From Dehalococcoidia bacterium (GTDB taxonomy: Bacteria > Chloroflexota > Dehalococcoidia > DSTF01 > WHTK01): 64,000 nucleotides of DNA. This document shows, piece by piece, positions 59,014 through 64,000 of this stretch (position 1 is the stretch's first letter; every line of letters starts with the position of its first letter). The translations under genes were made by a program, and so were the position numbers. The notes under the pieces were generated by a model. It had not been told where the DNA came from. It saw only the letters and a list, made by a program, of their open reading frames with translations, and made no database searches. The stretch lies in NCBI GenBank assembly GCA_965247485.1, contig OZ252017.1, positions 771,192 to 835,191 on the forward strand, in the 5' to 3' direction.

Positions 59014-60279
59014 GTGCTGAGTTCAAGAAGACGGCCGCGGTTGCACGTCTACTATGGCTGGTGGATTGTCGCCGGCGCGGTCCTGGCCATGACATTTGGC
59101 AGCGGCCTCGGCTTTTTCTCTTATGGACTGTTCATTGGGCCTCTGGAGCAAGATTTCGGTTGGTCTCGTGCCCAGGTCTCTCTCGGCTACTCATTCTCCT
59201 ACGTCGCATCTGGTCTGATGGCGCCGTTTGTCGGAAAGCTAATCGACTCTCGTGGCCCGCGACTCTCGATCGGGGTTGGTGCCGCCCTGACTGCCATCAG
59301 CTTCGTCCTGCTTGCCCAAACCGCCGGGCTCTGGCAGTGGTATTTGTTCCGCTCGATCAACGCCGGGTTCTACCAGATGATGTTTTTCATTCCGATTAAT
59401 GCGCTGGTCTCCAGATGGTTTGTTGCCCGCCGTGGCGTGGCACTGATGTTGGCCGGCGTTGGTGTTCAGCTCGGCGGCTTTCTGGTTGTCCCTCTTGTGC
59501 AGGTGGTCATCAATAGCTTCGGTTGGCAAGGAGCTTTCTACTTTTCTGCCATTGTCACCGCGGGTGTGTTTCTGCCTGCCGCACTATTTGTATTCAAGGA
59601 CTCACCGGCATCTATGGGCCTGAAACCGGATGGCGGACGCTCAACATCGCGTTCGTCCGGCGCTGGCCTGCCGGGCAGCATCGGCGTTGCCCAGGCAATA
59701 AGGAAGCCTCATTTCTGGCTCTTGGCCCTGGGCTTCGGTCTCTTGCTCTTTGGCATAACTGGCTGGGCGGTGCACCAGGTGCCGTTCTGGATCTCCGTCG
59801 GCTACTCAGGTGAAACTGCCGTCCTCCTCGCCGCCCTCGTATCCGGGGTTGGTATTCTTTTCCGCTTGGGCTTTGGTGTAGTAATCGACAGAATCGAGCG
59901 CTACGAGGGTGTCGCCATGATCTCGTCAATTCTGCTCGCGGTTGGCATGCTCATTCTTCCGTTCGAAGTCGGGGTCATGGGCATCGGTGGATACTTCTTC
60001 TTCCGCTCTTTGGGTGGCACGGCAATGATGCTCGAATCGCTGCTGCTGCTGAAATCATTCGGAATCACCCATTTCGCGACCCTTCTCGGCATCGTCGTCG
60101 TCGTGGAGACGATCGCGGAAATAATCAGCCCTTGGGTGGCAGGGCTTATGTTTGATTCCTCCCAGTCCTACGACAAAGCTTTGGTCATGTTCGCGGCGGC
60201 CTTCCTGCTTGCGTCCGTAATGTTCGCAATCGCCTCACGTTTGCCACGCCCTCTCGACCAAATCACTCACAGTACCTGA
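59014..60279 (+). CDS. MFS transporter
   Basis: 12 TM. 421 aa. Confidence 0.7.
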   Translation: MLSSRRRPRLHVYYGWWIVAGAVLAMTFGSGLGFFSYGLFIGPLEQDFGWSRAQVSLGYSFSYVASGLMAPFVGKLIDSRGPRLSIGVGAALTAISFVLLAQTAGLWQWYLFRSINAGFYQMMFFIPINALVSRWFVARRGVALMLAGVGVQLGGFLVVPLVQVVINSFGWQGAFYFSAIVTAGVFLPAALFVFKDSPASMGLKPDGGRSTSRSSGAGLPGSIGVAQAIRKPHFWLLALGFGLLLFGITGWAVHQVPFWISVGYSGETAVLLAALVSGVGILFRLGFGVVIDRIERYEGVAMISSILLAVGMLILPFEVGVMGIGGYFFFRSLGGTAMMLESLLLLKSFGITHFATLLGIVVVVETIAEIISPWVAGLMFDSSQSYDKALVMFAAAFLLASVMFAIASRLPRPLDQITHST

Positions 60280-60298
60280 GGACGGGCGGCGAAAAATG

Positions 60299-61177
60299 CT
60301 AGTGGGCTGCCTGCTCGAGCTCGCTCCGGTCCGGCTGTTCGATCTGAAAGGTGCAGTGCTCAATCTCAAAATGATCAGCGAGACAGAGTGAAAGCTGATT
60401 GAGTACTTCCGGCGCGACCGCGTCCTCACGAATCACAACGTGCGCCGAAATGACATCCATGCCGCTGGTTAGGCACCAAACGTGCAGGTCATGTACCGCT
60501 GTAACTCCGTCCGCCTCCAAGATATGTTCTTCGATGTGAGCAATGTTGAGCCTCCTCGGCACCCCTTCGAGAAGCACGTGCAGCGCTTCGGTTACAAGCT
60601 TCCAGGTTCTCGGCAGGATGAAAAGACTGATAACCACGGAAACTATCGGGTCGATTAGCTTAAAGGTCGAAACTAACAGCACAATCCCCGCCACGAGGAC
60701 TGCCATTGAGCCGGCCAGGTCGCTGACGACCTCCAAGAATGCGCCTCTGAGGTTAAGACTGGTTTTTTGCCCGTGAAACAGCAGGGACGCCGAGACCAGA
60801 TTAATCAGCAGGCCAACTGCCGCAACCCCAAGAACTGGCAAACCACCGACGTCGGGCGGATCGGCGAACCGTCCAACCGCCTTGTAAATGACAAAGCCCG
60901 CGAGACCGAAAAGCAGCAAGCTGTTGGCGATTGCAGCCAGGATTTCTAGTCGATAGTAGCCATAGGTCTTGTCAGGCGTTGCCGGCCTTGCCGAAAATTT
61001 GATCGCCAGCAAAGCCATGCTCACGCCGGCCACATCCGTGAGCATGTGCCCCGCATCGGCAATCAAAGCCAGGCTTCCCGTTATCAAGCCGGCGGCGAGC
61101 TCAATCACGGTATACGACGCGGTCAGCACTAGGACCAGGGTTAAACGCCCGGCACCGGCATGAGCCGCCGAATGCAC
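60299..61177 (-). CDS. cation diffusion facilitator family transporter (CzcD/ZitB-like)
   Basis: ADAGHMLTD, YGYYRLEILAA, C-terminal HDLHVW. 292 aa. Confidence 0.8.
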   Translation of the reverse strand: MHSAAHAGAGRLTLVLVLTASYTVIELAAGLITGSLALIADAGHMLTDVAGVSMALLAIKFSARPATPDKTYGYYRLEILAAIANSLLLFGLAGFVIYKAVGRFADPPDVGGLPVLGVAAVGLLINLVSASLLFHGQKTSLNLRGAFLEVVSDLAGSMAVLVAGIVLLVSTFKLIDPIVSVVISLFILPRTWKLVTEALHVLLEGVPRRLNIAHIEEHILEADGVTAVHDLHVWCLTSGMDVISAHVVIREDAVAPEVLNQLSLCLADHFEIEHCTFQIEQPDRSELEQAAH

Positions 61178-61899
61178 GTGTCTTAGACGTTATAGCGAGG
61201 CCTTAACCACGATGTCTGCGACCATGCAAGCGACCACGATACACGACCTGAGGCTCTGGGCCTCGACGATCCGGCCGGCTCAGCGGCACAGAAATAACCC
61301 TGCCAACCAAGTATCATTTCACCTTGAGATTAGTTGCATGGTTAACCAATGTTAACACAGGTCGAGCGCTTGTTCACCCCTTCGGCGGCCGGAGTGTCAA
61401 GCTACCTGCCAAAACCTCTGGACTTGCAAGCAACACCCGGCTTCGACCGCAACCGCCAACAGCAGCATCAAACGGGCCGCCGGCCCTCAATTTTTAGCAC
61501 CCCGAACTACCAAAGCCGGAAGGAAGCTCCGACTAGACAGATCCGAGATCGACATGCTCAACCGGGATTCCGGCAACCAGCGGCCCTCTTACGAAGGCTG
61601 GATTCGGGAAAACGCGTCTATTGCTCGGTCGAGAGCACTATGCGGCCGGTTGGCGAACTGGACACCGCGGCCGCTGCGTCTATTTCCAATTCGACCGTGA
61701 TGAAAACTGGCTCTTCCTCGGTCACATGGTCAGGAAGCAACACAAAGCCGTCGCCAGTATCCGTGGTTCCGAGAGCGCCTAGGCTCAGGACTTGTTTGCC
61801 CTTTTCCTAGCGCCAGAGATCTCTTGTCCACAAGATTGAATCAATAGTACAACCTGTCCAAAGCGGCATGAATTCGATCTTATGTTAGGCTGAGACCTG

Positions 61900-62550
61900 A
61901 TGAATGGGATCTGGGCCTCGTTGACTCCCCAAGGGAAACTCGTCTTTGGAGCCGGAATCTTATCGGTAATTATCGTTCTGGGGCTCCTGTTCCGTGGTAG
62001 TGATGGCCAAGGTTCAGGCGCCGGACCACTCATCCTGCCAACACAGGCCGTCGCTCCAACGCCAACCCAAGAGGGTGTCATCGGCCTAGCCTCGGTGACG
62101 CCCTCCGCGACCCTCCTGCCGGGCGAAAATACGCCGGAACCCACCGCTACCCTCGAAACAGCGCCCACGGCAGTGCCACCCTCAACCCAAGGTCCGCTGC
62201 CACCAACGTCTACGACATCGCCTCCCATTGAGCCGCCAACCGCCACGCCAACAACAGCCGCAATTCCCGGATGCTTGATTGACATGACCGTGATCGCCTC
62301 GGTCCTGGCCGAAGATGATACGGTTAGCGCCAGGCTAATGTGTTACGGTGCTCTTGTGGCTAATGCAACAATGAGCGCCTTCTTCAGCTACGAAACATCG
62401 GTCATCACCTGCGAAGCCATCACCAACAATCAGGGGATTGCGATTTGTCGGACGGGCAATGCTAGCTCACAGGAGGGGCCGGTCCAGTCCATCACCGTGT
62501 GCTTCGACCGAAACTCAGAACTGATCTGCAACACGATAAATCGCAGCTAG
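61900..62550 (+). CDS. hypothetical membrane-anchored protein with Pro/Thr-rich linker and Cys-rich C-terminal domain
   Basis: N-terminal TM, PTPTQ/PTAT repeats, 6 Cys in the last 100 aa. Confidence 0.4.
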   Translation: MNGIWASLTPQGKLVFGAGILSVIIVLGLLFRGSDGQGSGAGPLILPTQAVAPTPTQEGVIGLASVTPSATLLPGENTPEPTATLETAPTAVPPSTQGPLPPTSTTSPPIEPPTATPTTAAIPGCLIDMTVIASVLAEDDTVSARLMCYGALVANATMSAFFSYETSVITCEAITNNQGIAICRTGNASSQEGPVQSITVCFDRNSELICNTINRS

Positions 62551-62693
62551 CCAATCACAATCTGCCTCCCCATCTGGCGGGACTGGTTGGGGCTCGCCCT
62601 TGAGCGAAACTGTCTTCGTTTACCCCTGCTTGCGTAACCGAGCGCGAAACTCTATAGTCATAACCAACCGACGCGTCAGTCGGTTTCAATCCA

Positions 62694-63305
62694 ATGATCG
62701 AGCAACAACCACGCGCCCACAAACGCCACGAGAAGATCCTCGACGCCGCCCTGAGGGTTTTTGCCCGCAAGGGATACCGCGACGCCGCCGTTGATGACAT
62801 CGCCCTGGAATCGAGCACATCAAAGGGCGGCGTTTACTTCCATTTCCCGGGTAAGCAGGCGATTTTCCTGGCTCTGCTTGACCGCAGCACTGCGCGGCTA
62901 AAGGCCAAGATTCGCAGCGCTACGGCGCTGCTCACCGACCCGATCGAGAGAGCCGACGCCGCCATGCTGGCGGTTCTGCATACCTTCATGAACCATCGCG
63001 CCATGGCCCGCCTGTTTATGATCGAGGCGCTCGGCGCCGGCCGCGAATTTCAACAGCGGCTTGCCGAGGTCCACGAGGAGTTCGCGGCGATTATCCGTGA
63101 TGAGCTCGACGAAGCTGTACGACAGGGGGCGATAGAGCCTTTGGACACGACAGTCGCCGCCACGGCCTGGTTCGGCGCTCTGAACGAGATCATCACTAGT
63201 TGGCTCCTGAGCCAAGAGCCCCGCAACCTCGATGAAACCTACAATTCGCTACGGCCATTGCTGATGCGCGGCATCGGCGCCGCTAAAGTCGAGGCTCGAA
63301 CTTGA
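62694..63305 (+). CDS. TetR/AcrR family transcriptional regulator
   Basis: ILDAALRVFARKGYRDAAVDDIALESSTSKGGVYFHFPGKQ HTH. 203 aa. Confidence 0.8.
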   Translation: MIEQQPRAHKRHEKILDAALRVFARKGYRDAAVDDIALESSTSKGGVYFHFPGKQAIFLALLDRSTARLKAKIRSATALLTDPIERADAAMLAVLHTFMNHRAMARLFMIEALGAGREFQQRLAEVHEEFAAIIRDELDEAVRQGAIEPLDTTVAATAWFGALNEIITSWLLSQEPRNLDETYNSLRPLLMRGIGAAKVEART

Positions 63306-64000
63306 AGCCGCTCACCGACTTCGAGACTCACTTGCGCGCGTTGTCCAATTCGAAAGAGGCGACAAGCAATGGCGCGACCACGCCAGCCTTGGTCAATGCG
63401 ACCTTCTCCTGCCCAGCCTTCGACCCGTCGACGCTTTTCGCCAGAACCCAGGACCATCAGCGCATCTTTTGGGAGCAACCGGACCATGACTTCGCCCTCG
63501 TCGCCATTGGCGCTGCCACGCGAAACGAGGCCGGCGGGCCAGATCGCTTCGCCCGCCTAAGAACTGACTGGAATCAGGCCAAGTCTGCGGTTCATACCAG
63601 CCCCGAGGACCAGCCCATGGCGTTTCCAATTGCCCTGACCGCGCTAAAGTTCAGCCCAAGCGGGAGTGACGACGCCAACGCCACTCTCCCCAGCGGTGTT
63701 TTGATCATTCCTCGCCTGCTATTCGTCCGCGACGGCGACCAATATTTGCTCAACGTCACTCTCCAGACCGGGGGAGATCTTGAATCGAATATCACTGCCA
63801 CCCGAGAAGAACTGGATTGGCTCTTCTCACCAGCGAGTGACAGCTGTGAGCAAATGCCACCCAGCCCCCACATCGAGCTTATCGAAGACCTTGAATTTTC
63901 CGCCTGGGAAAAACAGGTCCGCTCAGCCCTCGCCGCCATCGATGGCGACCAGTTTGAGAAGGTAGTGCTGGCACGGACTCTGCGGACTATTGGCGAGAAA
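63302..64000 (+). CDS. isochorismate synthase family (MenF/EntC-like), 3'-truncated by window end
   Basis: Frame is open from the stop at 63284-63286 to the window end. Candidate TTG start at 63302 overlaps the TetR stop (TTGA). Ends ...AIDGDQFEKVVLARTLRTIGEK, a chorismate-binding-enzyme block. Missing from the ORF track because there is no stop. Confidence 0.55.
   Translation, partial: MKPLTDFETHLRALSNSKEATSNGATTPALVNATFSCPAFDPSTLFARTQDHQRIFWEQPDHDFALVAIGAATRNEAGGPDRFARLRTDWNQAKSAVHTSPEDQPMAFPIALTALKFSPSGSDDANATLPSGVLIIPRLLFVRDGDQYLLNVTLQTGGDLESNITATREELDWLFSPASDSCEQMPPSPHIELIEDLEFSAWEKQVRSALAAIDGDQFEKVVLARTLRTIGEK

Noticed and set aside
61349-62285. ORFs 61349-61810(+) and 61785-62285(-)
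   Set aside because: No motifs and mutually overlapping. The minus ORF is antisense to the better-structured exported-protein gene 61900-62550. The region may be largely non-coding.

Overview
GC-rich bacterial chromosomal segment of mostly housekeeping and metabolic genes with no plasmid or phage hallmarks. The striking feature is a lineage-specific expansion of seven paralogous stand-alone Rieske non-heme-iron ring-hydroxylating oxygenase alpha-subunit genes (18.9-55.0 kb). All seven are on the + strand. No beta-subunit, ferredoxin or reductase genes occur anywhere in the window. Two of them sit in a tandemly duplicated GNAT-Rieske cassette whose second GNAT copy is split by a ~120-bp MITE-like insertion. 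The window also carries several small repeat families: the MITE-like element, a 5x ~67-bp tandem array, a composite two-box repeat at three loci, and a 217-bp inverted-repeat element filling a convergent gap. Other content: a low-GC island with a P-loop/coiled-coil protein, unlinked xseA and xseB, otsBA, pcrA, ppdK, tRNA-Gly(GCC), and a TetR-efflux unit with palindromic operators. Frameshifted genes are unusually frequent: ABC ATPase, otsA, alpha/beta hydrolase, two MFS, a PLP decarboxylase and one Rieske paralog. That suggests either genome decay or indel-prone assembly. Two genes run off the window edges and are missing from the ORF track: a 5' fragment at 1..111(-) and an isochorismate synthase at 63302..64000(+). 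No CRISPR array, rRNA or integrase was found. All homology statements are by-eye motif recognition. No database searches were possible.
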